From Candidatus Hydrogenedens sp. (GTDB lineage Bacteria; Hydrogenedentota; Hydrogenedentia; Hydrogenedentales; Hydrogenedentaceae), in the NCBI GenBank assembly GCA_049968235.1, contig JBMFRC010000009.1:32001-96000 (forward strand): a stretch of 64,000 nt of DNA, in the 5' to 3' direction. Shown here in pieces: positions 18,907 through 28,517 of this stretch (its first letter is position 1; every line of letters starts with the position of its first letter). The translations under genes were made by a program, and so were the position numbers. The notes beneath the pieces are model-generated. The model saw nothing but the letters and a program-made list of their open reading frames with translations. It was not told where the DNA came from and did no database searches.

Positions 18907-19705
18907 AAAAAATTTTTTTAGCGTAGTTTTCTTTTTATTCCTGCTATTCTATGGTGTTTATATTTTTGCAGAAAACAATTTTTCATCTGGGAATGACAGT
19001 GTTCTTGACAAATTAAAAGACCCTAAGCAATATGTCGAAAAAAATAATGAAGGCGGTGCCATGTCCACAAAAAATACGGAAGCAGTTCCGGAAAAGGAGA
19101 ATAACCCCTCTAATACGAATACATGGTTTTCCCAACATCAGAAGGTTTGGAGTTCCGAGCAAACAACCACTGGGAATACAGAAGGAGAAAATGTATCTTC
19201 AAATAGTTCCAATACAACGGAGACTTCCTGGATATATTATTTCTTTAGAACACTTGTTGCTCTTATCTTTGTCATCGGTTTAATACTGGTATTATTAGGA
19301 GTACTTCGTTACTTTTCAAACAAAACACATCGAGGGATGAAATCTATTGGAAAAATTGTAGGTGTTCTTTATTTATCTCCGCGTACACGGATTTATTATG
19401 TTCAGGGTGCTGGGAAAGTGTTTGTTCTAGGAGTTTCGGGAGACCAGATGAATTTGTTATTTGTCTTTTCAGAGGATGAATTTTTCGCATCTATTGCAAA
19501 TGAAGATAGTACAGAGTCTTCTTATTCTCAAAAAACATTTAAGAAGGTTCTGGATGATGTAGAAACGAGGATACAATCACAAAGTTCTTCTAAAATGCCC
19601 GAAGTATCAGAGAATATAGACGATGAATTGGCTTCTTTGAAAGTAAATATACAAAGATTACAGCAAGCGATACGAGAAGAAACAAATAATGCATCAGACC
19701 AGTAG
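18896..19705 (+). CDS. fliO: Flagellar biosynthesis protein FliO/FliZ-like
   Basis: Signal-like N-terminus, S/T/N-rich spacer, TM (..LVALIFVIGLILVLLGVL..) followed by ..KIVGVLYLSPRTRIYYVQGAGKVFVLGVSGDQMNLL.. (FliO core); precedes fliP. Confidence 0.55.
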   Translation: MKNRKNFFSVVFFLFLLFYGVYIFAENNFSSGNDSVLDKLKDPKQYVEKNNEGGAMSTKNTEAVPEKENNPSNTNTWFSQHQKVWSSEQTTTGNTEGENVSSNSSNTTETSWIYYFFRTLVALIFVIGLILVLLGVLRYFSNKTHRGMKSIGKIVGVLYLSPRTRIYYVQGAGKVFVLGVSGDQMNLLFVFSEDEFFASIANEDSTESSYSQKTFKKVLDDVETRIQSQSSSKMPEVSENIDDELASLKVNIQRLQQAIREETNNASDQ

Positions 19706-20513
19706 AATTTTTAATATGAGGATAAAAAAAAAGAGTATTTTAAACAATAAAAAAATGGGATTTTTTTTTGTTTGTTTTTCCGTTTTATTGCTATTCGATT
19801 CCTTTGCGCAACCTTCTCGAAATTCAATAACCAATCCCACAGGCATAAATATTGTCGGAACAGCACAGCAAGCAATAGACCCTGAAAATCTATCTACCAC
19901 ATTAACACTGGTAATACTTATTACCGCACTTACATTAGCACCTGCAATTCTCGTATTAACCACATCTTTTACGAGGATAATCGTAGTTCTTGCTTTCCTT
20001 CGACAGGCATTAGCAATACAACAGACCCCTCCCAATCAAGTTTTAATTGGCTTATCTCTATTTTTAACTATGTTTATTATGATGCCAACCTATGAGCGAG
20101 TTAATCGTGAATCGATACAACCTTATATTCAACAGCAAATTAGCCAATCGGAAGCATTTAATCGTGCTTTAATTCCTATCCGCGAATTTATGTTCAAACA
20201 AACAAAGCCTCAGGAACTCAAAACGATGTTGCAAATATCAGGAAGGGGTAGACCCAATACCCCGGATGATGTCCCCACACATGTTCTTATACCTGCTTTT
20301 GTTTTGAGTGAACTTAAAACGGCTTTTATGATAGGTTTTTTATTATATATTCCCTTTTTAATTATTGATATGGTAGTAGCAAGTACATTAATGTCTATGG
20401 GCATGATGATGCTACCTCCAATTTTCGTCTCGTTACCTTTTAAGATAATTCTTTTCGTTCTTGTAGATGGATGGACATTAGTTGTAGGCAATTTGGTAAA
20501 AAGTTTCCAATAG
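19689..20513 (+). CDS. fliP: Flagellar type III export apparatus protein FliP
   Basis: ..TSFTRIIVVLAFLRQALAIQQTPPNQVLIGLSLFLTMFIMMP.. is highly conserved FliP. Real start is probably at the internal MGFFFVCF signal sequence. Confidence 0.9.
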   Translation: MHQTSRIFNMRIKKKSILNNKKMGFFFVCFSVLLLFDSFAQPSRNSITNPTGINIVGTAQQAIDPENLSTTLTLVILITALTLAPAILVLTTSFTRIIVVLAFLRQALAIQQTPPNQVLIGLSLFLTMFIMMPTYERVNRESIQPYIQQQISQSEAFNRALIPIREFMFKQTKPQELKTMLQISGRGRPNTPDDVPTHVLIPAFVLSELKTAFMIGFLLYIPFLIIDMVVASTLMSMGMMMLPPIFVSLPFKIILFVLVDGWTLVVGNLVKSFQ

Positions 20514-20525
20514 AAGGACTATTTT

Positions 20526-20975
20526 ATGGATTTAGCGAAAATAGTTAAAATATTTATAATTTTAGGGATAATTATCATTGGTGTCCCTATTTTAATTCAA
20601 TTTCTCCCTGCTCCACTGAGTATGGAACGTATTATAGAAGGATTTAAAAAATCCGATTTAGGAGTGGTAGAAATACAGAATATTAATCCCCCAATGAATG
20701 AGGCAATTGCTCAAATAAGTTTTAAGGTAGGCGATGCTTTTGTGAATGTGTATCAGTATGATAATGAAGGAACTATTGCACGATATGCGGAGATGTATAA
20801 AAAAGACCCGGGTACTGCAATCGTTGAAGCATGGGGGTTGGCTCAATCATTAGGTGCAGCTCCTTCAAAAAACAAGCCGGAACGCGTAGCACGGCGCAAG
20901 ATGTTTCTTTTAGTTGCACAGGGAGAAGATAAATCGCTATTAGAACATATCGTTAAAATTTTTACAAGTCTGTAA
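20526..20975 (+). CDS. Hypothetical membrane-anchored protein ending the flagellar operon
   Basis: 149 aa; one N-terminal TM then a soluble domain. Not FliQ, which is ~89 aa with 2 TM helices. 12 nt after fliP. Confidence 0.4.
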   Translation: MDLAKIVKIFIILGIIIIGVPILIQFLPAPLSMERIIEGFKKSDLGVVEIQNINPPMNEAIAQISFKVGDAFVNVYQYDNEGTIARYAEMYKKDPGTAIVEAWGLAQSLGAAPSKNKPERVARRKMFLLVAQGEDKSLLEHIVKIFTSL

Positions 20976-21000
20976 AATTGTATCAACAAAATTGTTTTAA

Positions 21001-23040
21001 TTATTCATTCCCCGCTTCACGGGATTTTTCATAGGCAGAGATAATATCTTTCGCAATAAATTCAGGAACTTCATCATAATGGCTGAATTTCAGGTCAAAA
21101 GTCCCTCTACCGCCGGTCATACTTCTTAAATCTGTTGCATAACGGAGAATTTCTGATTCAGGGACCAATGCCCGTATCTGCTGTAGACCACCTCCGATAG
21201 GTTCCATACCTAATATTCTTCCACGACGACTATTTAAATCACCTGTAATATCGCCCATGAACTCTTCAGGAACAGTTACGGAAATCTCCATAATAGGTTC
21301 TAATATACATGGATTTGCTTCACGAACACCCTTTTGTATAGCAAGAGAAGCTGCGATTTTGAAAGCAAGTTCCGAAGAGTCAACCGTGTGATAAGAACCG
21401 AAAAACAAATCAACGACGATATCTACAACAGGATGTCCCGAAATTACACCTTTTGCCAGTGCCTCCTGAGCCCCTTTATCAACAGCAGGAATGTATTGCT
21501 TCGGTACAACACCTCCTACAATGCTATCAACAAATTTATAACCGGCTCCGCGTTCATTCGGTGAAAGTCGAAGATGAACATCGCCATATTGTCCGTGTCC
21601 ACCGGTCTGTTTTTTGTATTTTCCCTGAACTTCTGCTTTACCACGAATGGTTTCTTTGTAGGCAACCTTAGGGAGACGGGTTTCTGCTTCTACATTGTAT
21701 TTCCGTTTCATTCGATTTAATAAAATTTCAATCTGTAAATCGCCCATCCCACGGATTACATGTTCCCCGGTTTCATTATCTCTATAGTGACTGAAGGTAG
21801 GGTCTTCTTCTGCCATACGGTTTAGCGCTTCACCAATACGGTCTTCATCGTTTCTTGATTTAGGAGAAATGGCTAATTTAACCATAGAACGCGGTAATTC
21901 AATTGTAGGAAGTTTTATCTCATTTCCCGAAACAGTCAAAGTATCCCCAAAATGAGTATTCTTCAATTTTGTCATTGCTGCAATATCTCCGGGACCCACT
22001 TCGGCTACCTGCTTTTGTTCCTTTCCTATTAACATTACAATTTTACCAGAACGCTCTTTTGTCTGTGTAGAACTGTTATAAAAATCGGAATCTGACCGTA
22101 GAGTGCCGGAAAATACACGGAAATAAGTAAGATGTCCTACAAATGGGTCCACCATGGAGCGGAATACCTGAGCCACGAAGGGACCATCAGGGTTAGGCGT
22201 TATAACTACATCTTCACCAGCAGAATTCTTCGCCACAACAGTCCGTTCTAATGGATTGGGGAATGAGTTAGCTATAATGTCCAACAATTCTTCATGACCA
22301 ATTCCTTTGGTAACACTGCCTGCGATAATGGGTATAATTTTTCCTGTGCTAATTCCTTTTTGAAGTCCTTTGTCAAATTCCTCCTGAGATAACTCAAAAG
22401 TTTCCAGATATTTTTCCATGAGTGCTTCATCTGTTTCAGCAACCACTTCTACGATGGCTTCTTTTGCCTTTTCTGCTTCAGCACCTAAAACAGATGCATC
22501 TCCTGTAACGATATTAACAACACCACTCAAATTTGCAGATTGTCCTATGGGCATTACAATTGGAACACAGTGTTTACCATAAGCATTCTGAATTTTTTCT
22601 ACAACCTCATTAAAATTGGTATGTTCGCGGTCTAATTTATTAATAAAGATAGCCCGGGGAATTTGTCTCTTTTCTGCATATTTCCATGCTATATCAGTTC
22701 CTACCTGAACACCTGTAGTTGCATCTACTAAAATGACCAATGCATCAAGGACTGTGGAAGATGCACATAATTCCCCGATAAAATCTGTATAACCGGGATG
22801 GTCAATAATATGTATCCGTGTCCCTTTCCAGTCTAAATGAACTAATTTCATAGCAATGGAACACTTGCGTTCTTTTTCATCTTCCAGATAATCACAAACG
22901 GTGTTCCCATCTTCAATGCTTCCTAAACGACTGGTTAATCCTGCGGAATACAATATTCGTTCAATTAACATTGTTTTCCCAACACCACCATGTCCTGCAA
23001 AACCAACATTACGAACTTTTCTCGGGTCAAACTGTGCCAT
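21001..23040 (-). CDS. Elongation factor G family GTPase (EF-G paralog)
   Basis: 679 aa; G-domain with ..GHGGVGKT.. P-loop variant, ..DTPGYTDF.., NKLD; EF-G domain II-V architecture. Confidence 0.8.
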   Translation of the reverse strand: MAQFDPRKVRNVGFAGHGGVGKTMLIERILYSAGLTSRLGSIEDGNTVCDYLEDEKERKCSIAMKLVHLDWKGTRIHIIDHPGYTDFIGELCASSTVLDALVILVDATTGVQVGTDIAWKYAEKRQIPRAIFINKLDREHTNFNEVVEKIQNAYGKHCVPIVMPIGQSANLSGVVNIVTGDASVLGAEAEKAKEAIVEVVAETDEALMEKYLETFELSQEEFDKGLQKGISTGKIIPIIAGSVTKGIGHEELLDIIANSFPNPLERTVVAKNSAGEDVVITPNPDGPFVAQVFRSMVDPFVGHLTYFRVFSGTLRSDSDFYNSSTQTKERSGKIVMLIGKEQKQVAEVGPGDIAAMTKLKNTHFGDTLTVSGNEIKLPTIELPRSMVKLAISPKSRNDEDRIGEALNRMAEEDPTFSHYRDNETGEHVIRGMGDLQIEILLNRMKRKYNVEAETRLPKVAYKETIRGKAEVQGKYKKQTGGHGQYGDVHLRLSPNERGAGYKFVDSIVGGVVPKQYIPAVDKGAQEALAKGVISGHPVVDIVVDLFFGSYHTVDSSELAFKIAASLAIQKGVREANPCILEPIMEISVTVPEEFMGDITGDLNSRRGRILGMEPIGGGLQQIRALVPESEILRYATDLRSMTGGRGTFDLKFSHYDEVPEFIAKDIISAYEKSREAGNE

Positions 23041-23214
23041 CGGATAACTCCATTCTTATTAGGGTTATAGGATTAAAAATTGAATTTAAAAAGAAAAAAC
23101 TGCACGATTATCCATTTTCATTTAAAATCATAGAGTATGTATTATACTTATTACATATACTAATCCTCAAATTCACAAGCAATTAAAAATTTATAATAAA
23201 TAAGGTATAAAAAT

Positions 23215-24237
23215 ATGTCTTCACCTTTTGTTTTAAGAAGAAATACAAAATCAATACTTTGTGTTGCTTCCCTTCTGATGGTATTCCTTACCCCGTTAGG
23301 ATTTTCTGCTGAAAAAATACGACGACCTAATTTTGCCGAGACATTATATCCGGGAGACCCACCGGTACTGAAAGAAACCATTGAAAAATATTTTGCACAG
23401 GTTCCACCATCTCCGAACACAAATCAAAAACTGGTTGCCTGTATTGTTCCGCACTCGGGGTGGGGATTATGTGGAAACCTCATTGCACGTGCTTTTGCAG
23501 AAATTAAAGAAGAGGAATTTGATGATGTGATTATTCTAGCTCCTTCTCATACTGTCAAATTCGGAGGTTGTTCTTTACCTTCTGTGCAGGGTTTTGCTAC
23601 GCCCTTAGGTGTTATTCGCGTTGATTATGGAAAATTAGAGCAGATGGCTCTATCTCCTTACATTGTGATGCAAGCATTGCAAAAAACATTTCGTCAGGGA
23701 AAGACTGCTATTCATGAAAATGAGTATTCTGTAGAAGTCATTTTACCTATGTTACAGTATAAACTAAAATCTACAAAGATTATGCCTGTTCTCGTCGGAG
23801 AATTTATTGATACTTATGGGAAGAAAAGTGAAAATGTTTTTAGAAATATCGTAGAGACTGTGCGGAGATTTATTACCGGGAAAACACTGCTAATTTTAAG
23901 TACGGATTTAACATCGTGGGGTGCATCATTCAATTATACCCCAGCACCTGCAGAACAAATGCTTGAAACTCAAGAGAAACTGGATAAGGAATTAATTGAA
24001 CTCCTGATGAAAAAAGACCTATCAGGTTTGCAAGATTATTTTGAAAGAACAAAGAACCATGTATGTGGGAAAAATGCAATGTATTTATTTGTCGCCCTTT
24101 TGCCTAAGGATGCTCAAGGGACCTTTTTAGGTTATGAACAGTCCGGAAAAAAATTAAATGTCAAAGATACTTCAATAGGATTTACCGCTATTAATTATTA
24201 TCGTTCTATTTCATCCGAAGTGCCTAACAACTATTAA
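23215..24237 (+). CDS. MEMO1 family protein (AmmeMemoRadiSam system protein B-like), secreted
   Basis: ..CIVPHSGWGLCGNLIARAF..VIILAPSHT.. matches the Memo/AmMe B motif; N-terminal signal peptide. Confidence 0.6.
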   Translation: MSSPFVLRRNTKSILCVASLLMVFLTPLGFSAEKIRRPNFAETLYPGDPPVLKETIEKYFAQVPPSPNTNQKLVACIVPHSGWGLCGNLIARAFAEIKEEEFDDVIILAPSHTVKFGGCSLPSVQGFATPLGVIRVDYGKLEQMALSPYIVMQALQKTFRQGKTAIHENEYSVEVILPMLQYKLKSTKIMPVLVGEFIDTYGKKSENVFRNIVETVRRFITGKTLLILSTDLTSWGASFNYTPAPAEQMLETQEKLDKELIELLMKKDLSGLQDYFERTKNHVCGKNAMYLFVALLPKDAQGTFLGYEQSGKKLNVKDTSIGFTAINYYRSISSEVPNNY

Positions 24238-24258
24238 TCTATGGGTAAATGTGCAATA

Positions 24259-24960
24259 TCAACTGTTAAAAAATTCTTTTATAAGTATATTTCGGAATAT
24301 CTGTTCAAAATGAGAGCATGCTTTCTGAGCATTTGCAACGACCTGTTCATGAGTTAAGGGGAAGGATGCAAAACAATTATTCGTAACACAGGAAAACATG
24401 GATGTTTTTATTCCCAATTGTATAGCCCAATATAACTCCGGTCCTCCGCTCATACCGATAATATCACCCCCTAAAGATGTAAATAAGCGGAGTTCAGATT
24501 CCGTTTCGTAACACGGACCTGTTACCCAGATATAAGTGCCTTTGGGTTCGTAGAAATTAAATACCCACGACGGATACAGTATTGATGGGATTGGGAAAGA
24601 GTTATATTGAATAGAAATAAGTTTTTCGACTAAAACGAAATTTCCCACAGGTATATCTTTGTTCAATCCACCCACAGTATTTATTGAGACTAAATGTGTT
24701 ATCCCTTGTTCTTGAAAATAACTCAAAAAGGATTTAAATTTTTCAAATGTATATCCCTCATAAGCATGTATCCTGCCACTACATAATATTGTAGGTATCG
24801 AACCTATAAAACCGTCAATGATTTGATATTTATGTCCTGCTATTTGTGTGTTGATATCCGGAAACACATCAAACAAGGATTTTTCGTGATAACGAACATC
24901 CAGAATGTTTGTAAAATCCAAACCAGAGCCTGTTATGATTCCTAATTTTATATGTGCCAT
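24259..24960 (-). CDS. Nucleoside phosphorylase, PNP/MTAP family
   Basis: N-terminal ..IKLGIITGSGLD.. and ..GMSGGPELYWAIQLGI..SCVTN.. (PNP_UDP_1). Confidence 0.7.
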   Translation of the reverse strand: MAHIKLGIITGSGLDFTNILDVRYHEKSLFDVFPDINTQIAGHKYQIIDGFIGSIPTILCSGRIHAYEGYTFEKFKSFLSYFQEQGITHLVSINTVGGLNKDIPVGNFVLVEKLISIQYNSFPIPSILYPSWVFNFYEPKGTYIWVTGPCYETESELRLFTSLGGDIIGMSGGPELYWAIQLGIKTSMFSCVTNNCFASFPLTHEQVVANAQKACSHFEQIFRNILIKEFFNS

Positions 24961-25988
24961 GGAGAAGGTAAAAACAATTCTTGATATTTATTTAATGCAT
25001 ATTCATCTGTCATACCAGCAAGAAAATCGACAATATTTCTTTCCAGATAATCTTGTGTAGGTTCTTGTTCATTTTTGAATATTTCTTTGGGAGGATTACT
25101 CATAAAATAGTGGAACAATTCTTGAATAATTCTTTGGGCTTTATTAATCTCTCTTACTATTGGTTCTGACGGGTAAAGTTTTTCAAATAAATAGGTTCTT
25201 AATTCAACAATGGCATTCAATACATCAGGAACAATCTGTATATTATCCTGTGTTGAACCTTCAATAACTCCATGAACCATAGTATCAATTTGTTCGGATG
25301 TGGTTTTACCGAGAACGGAAATGGCTTTTGAAGGTAGTTGGTCAATTCTCAAAATTTTTGCACGAATTGCATCATCAATGTCATGGGTAATATAAGCAAT
25401 AACATCGCTTAAACTAACAACAAGAGCCTCATAACTTATATTTTCCGGACAGGGTTGCCCGGAAAGAATGCATTTTCCCCGAGAATGATTTCGAATCCCT
25501 TCTCGAACCTCATAAGTTAGATTTAGCCCTTTTTTACCCTGTCGTCTTTGTTCAAGAACATCCACAACACGCAAACTCTGTTCTGCATGGTTAAAACCCG
25601 ATGATGATAATTCATGAAGCGCCCGTTCCCCTGCATGTCCAAAGGGTGTATGCCCCAAATCATGCCCTAAGGCAATGGCTTCGGTTAAATCTTCGTTTAA
25701 TCTCAGCACACGAGATATAGTACGAGCAATTTGGACGACTTCTAATGTGTGCGTGAGTCGCGTTCGGTAATGGTCTCCTAAAGGGGCAAGAAATACCTGT
25801 GTTTTCCGTTTTAATCGACGGAATGCTTTGGAATGGATTATGCGGTCACGGTCTCGCTGAAAACAGGTGCGAAAAGGGTCTTCCTTTTCCGGTATTTGTC
25901 TTCCTTTTGAATTGATAGCGAGACATGCTGAGGGTGATAGCCATTCTTTTTCTCTTGCTTCATATAATTCACGAAAAAGGAAAGTCAT
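24948..25988 (-). CDS. dGTP triphosphohydrolase-like HD-domain phosphohydrolase
   Basis: ..RDRDRIIHSKAFRRLKRKTQVF..HYRTRLTHTLEVVQIAR..LGHDLGHTPFGH.. (dGTPase family). Confidence 0.8.
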   Translation of the reverse strand: MTFLFRELYEAREKEWLSPSACLAINSKGRQIPEKEDPFRTCFQRDRDRIIHSKAFRRLKRKTQVFLAPLGDHYRTRLTHTLEVVQIARTISRVLRLNEDLTEAIALGHDLGHTPFGHAGERALHELSSSGFNHAEQSLRVVDVLEQRRQGKKGLNLTYEVREGIRNHSRGKCILSGQPCPENISYEALVVSLSDVIAYITHDIDDAIRAKILRIDQLPSKAISVLGKTTSEQIDTMVHGVIEGSTQDNIQIVPDVLNAIVELRTYLFEKLYPSEPIVREINKAQRIIQELFHYFMSNPPKEIFKNEQEPTQDYLERNIVDFLAGMTDEYALNKYQELFLPSPWHI

Positions 25989-26010
25989 AGAAAATAGTCC
26001 TGTTCAAGAA

Positions 26011-27363
26011 TTAGTTTATATATGAAGCGGAAGGAGATGTTTCAACAATGAACATTCCCTGAGCGGAAGAGAGTCCTAAATATTTTTGATAATATTGTTT
26101 TTCAACATGTTCCATAAAATAATCTACCTTTTCACGCGGAACAAGGTTAACAGTGCATCCTCCAAAACCTGCACCTGTAAGACGCGAACCAATAGCACCA
26201 TATTTACGAGCAATCTGGGTAAGCACGTCCAGTTCAGGGATGCTTATTTCGTAATTTTTCGCACAACTGGAATGAGATTCATTCATCAATCTGCCAAAAG
26301 CATATACATCATTTGCCAATAATGCATCTCGGGATTGTTCTACCCGTCTATGTTCTGTTATGACATGTTGAATTCGCAACCTCAAAGGGAAACCCTTTTC
26401 AGGTTCTTCAATCTCACCTAACCACAACTCACGAACATCCTGAGGGGAAATATCCAGAAGATAGGCAATTTCTTTCAGCGAGAGATAGTCTTTAGGAATA
26501 GCCTGTTCGGTAACATCTAAAATTTCTTTGAAGGTAAGGCAGAGATTACCTGACCACAGGTCCCCCAGTCGTTTGATATGCAAGTCATTACCAAATTCAT
26601 TTTGTAAATGCTTTTCTAAAATAGCACATGCCAGAGAACACATACGCGGTCCTGCATTATACCGATGCAGACAAGTTCCTGTTTTTTGAGCGCGTATGGT
26701 AGAATCGCAAACAATAAAAACATGGTCTTCAAATAAAGGAATAAGAGCAGTTCGAATAGGGAAAAAATCAATTTTACAGGCATGTCCCTTTTCCCCGTTC
26801 AATATAACTGTTTGGTCCATTCCTCCACCTTTAGTCCCTACAAAATGTTCGCCTTCCGCCATGAGTTCTGCCAATTCCAAACGTGATATATCTCTACCCA
26901 ATTCCTTCCTCAATATTTTCAAGTACGCAAGTGATGCAGTAATAACAAGAGCGGATGAAGAACTTAAGCCCGTTGCAATTGGTAAAGTGCTATTTATAAA
27001 CAAATTAAACCCCGGAAATGTCCGAACATTAAATTTTTTATTTAAAGCAGTAACTCCTGCTTTAATATAGTTATCCCATGAGCCTGTAGGTGAAGGTGAA
27101 ATTTTAGGTTGATTTAAAAAAGACAGGGGTTGAAATCGAGGGTCTTCATTGAAGAGATGTATTTCGTTATCATCTCGTCGGGAAAAGGCACAATGAACCT
27201 CTTTTTTGATAGTTACAGGAAGCACAGAAAAACCATTGTAATCTGTATGTTCCCCAATCAGATTAACCCTTCCCGGAACTCTACAGAAACCAATATTTTC
27301 AGAATTAAATAAATGACCTGGTAATTTATTTATCATCATTGTTGTTGTTAAAGTATCTGACAT
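26011..27363 (-). CDS. Galactokinase-family GHMP sugar kinase
   Basis: Galactokinase signature GRVNLIGEHTDYNGF; GHMP motif PIATGLSSSSALV; 450 aa with N-terminal extension. Confidence 0.75.
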   Translation of the reverse strand: MSDTLTTTMMINKLPGHLFNSENIGFCRVPGRVNLIGEHTDYNGFSVLPVTIKKEVHCAFSRRDDNEIHLFNEDPRFQPLSFLNQPKISPSPTGSWDNYIKAGVTALNKKFNVRTFPGFNLFINSTLPIATGLSSSSALVITASLAYLKILRKELGRDISRLELAELMAEGEHFVGTKGGGMDQTVILNGEKGHACKIDFFPIRTALIPLFEDHVFIVCDSTIRAQKTGTCLHRYNAGPRMCSLACAILEKHLQNEFGNDLHIKRLGDLWSGNLCLTFKEILDVTEQAIPKDYLSLKEIAYLLDISPQDVRELWLGEIEEPEKGFPLRLRIQHVITEHRRVEQSRDALLANDVYAFGRLMNESHSSCAKNYEISIPELDVLTQIARKYGAIGSRLTGAGFGGCTVNLVPREKVDYFMEHVEKQYYQKYLGLSSAQGMFIVETSPSASYIN

Positions 27364-27530
27364 AAAGGACTCTTCTCTTATAGAAAAATTTGTTATATTT
27401 TTGTTACGAAATGTATTCTTATATGAATATAGAAACTAATTATACAATTTTTTTAAAAGTAAAATTATTATTTTCTTTTGTCCATCCATAGAGAATTGTA
27501 AACAAAGATATTTTATAAGGTAAATATTAG

Positions 27531-28517
27531 TTGAAAAAAAAATTATATATCATTAGCCCCTTTCGTCTGATAGAGTATCCATGGAATTGGAAAGTATATT
27601 ATTGTGTGGAACTTTTTTCAACTTTATTTCAGCAAGGCTACATTATTAATTGGATACAGCCCGGGAAGAACCTTATCAATTTTAGTTTGTTCCCCTCTCT
27701 TTCTCATTGGAAAAATTTTTTTGTGATTAATATTGGAAATTTTTTGACCTATCGCTGGCTAATGCCTTTTTTCCTGTCAAGGTTAAAACAGGTAAGCAAG
27801 GATATAAAACCATTTATGCTGATTGAAATTATCGATGGAAGCCCGTTTCCATTAAATATAGATGAGTCCTTTGTAAATATACCTATTATTTTCTCACTAA
27901 AAAAACAATGGATTGCATCGAACAATTTTCCAGGACCTGTTATTATTCCCGAAAAAAAAATGTTAGAAGATTTAGTCCTCAGGGGAGTACCCGAAAAATA
28001 TTTGAATTATATTCCGATGGGTGTATGTTCTCATAAAAATGAAATAGAACACACAGAAAAACAACTTCAGAAAAGAATACTTATCTTCGATAAAGACCCT
28101 GGAAGACGGTTAAAGCCACTTGCAAAGCAAATAGAAAAGGACAAATCCGATTACGAAGTTGTTTATTTCGGTAATAAAGATTTAAATACTATCCCTGCAG
28201 ATGAATTTTATGTCTGGTTGCATGAGATTATTAAGGATAGAAAAATTATTGTAGTACTAAGTAGAAATATGGAGCATATAGGGATGGAATTTATATCGCA
28301 AGGAGCTATCGTATTTGTTCCCGGGTCCGGATTCTTAGTGAAAGAAGAGAACAAAAATCTATTTTTTTATAACAATCCAATGGACATTCAAGAACAGATT
28401 TATAACTTAATAGAAACACAATCCACATTACTATCTAATAATAAAATATCTTTTCCAACATGGAAAGAACTGTCTATAGAATTGAGCCGGTTATTCGCAG
28501 AATGGATTAACGAATAA
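27531..28517 (+). CDS. Hypothetical protein (possibly GT-B-like)
   Basis: 328-aa ORF with TTG start; no strong motif recognised; codes through A9 tracts. Confidence 0.35.
   Translation: MKKKLYIISPFRLIEYPWNWKVYYCVELFSTLFQQGYIINWIQPGKNLINFSLFPSLSHWKNFFVINIGNFLTYRWLMPFFLSRLKQVSKDIKPFMLIEIIDGSPFPLNIDESFVNIPIIFSLKKQWIASNNFPGPVIIPEKKMLEDLVLRGVPEKYLNYIPMGVCSHKNEIEHTEKQLQKRILIFDKDPGRRLKPLAKQIEKDKSDYEVVYFGNKDLNTIPADEFYVWLHEIIKDRKIIVVLSRNMEHIGMEFISQGAIVFVPGSGFLVKEENKNLFFYNNPMDIQEQIYNLIETQSTLLSNNKISFPTWKELSIELSRLFAEWINE

Noticed and set aside
19032-20491. Internal and antisense ORFs inside fliO/fliP (19032..19283 +, 19694..20035 -, 20210..20491 -)
   Set aside because: Fully embedded in well-supported flagellar genes in other frames or strands.
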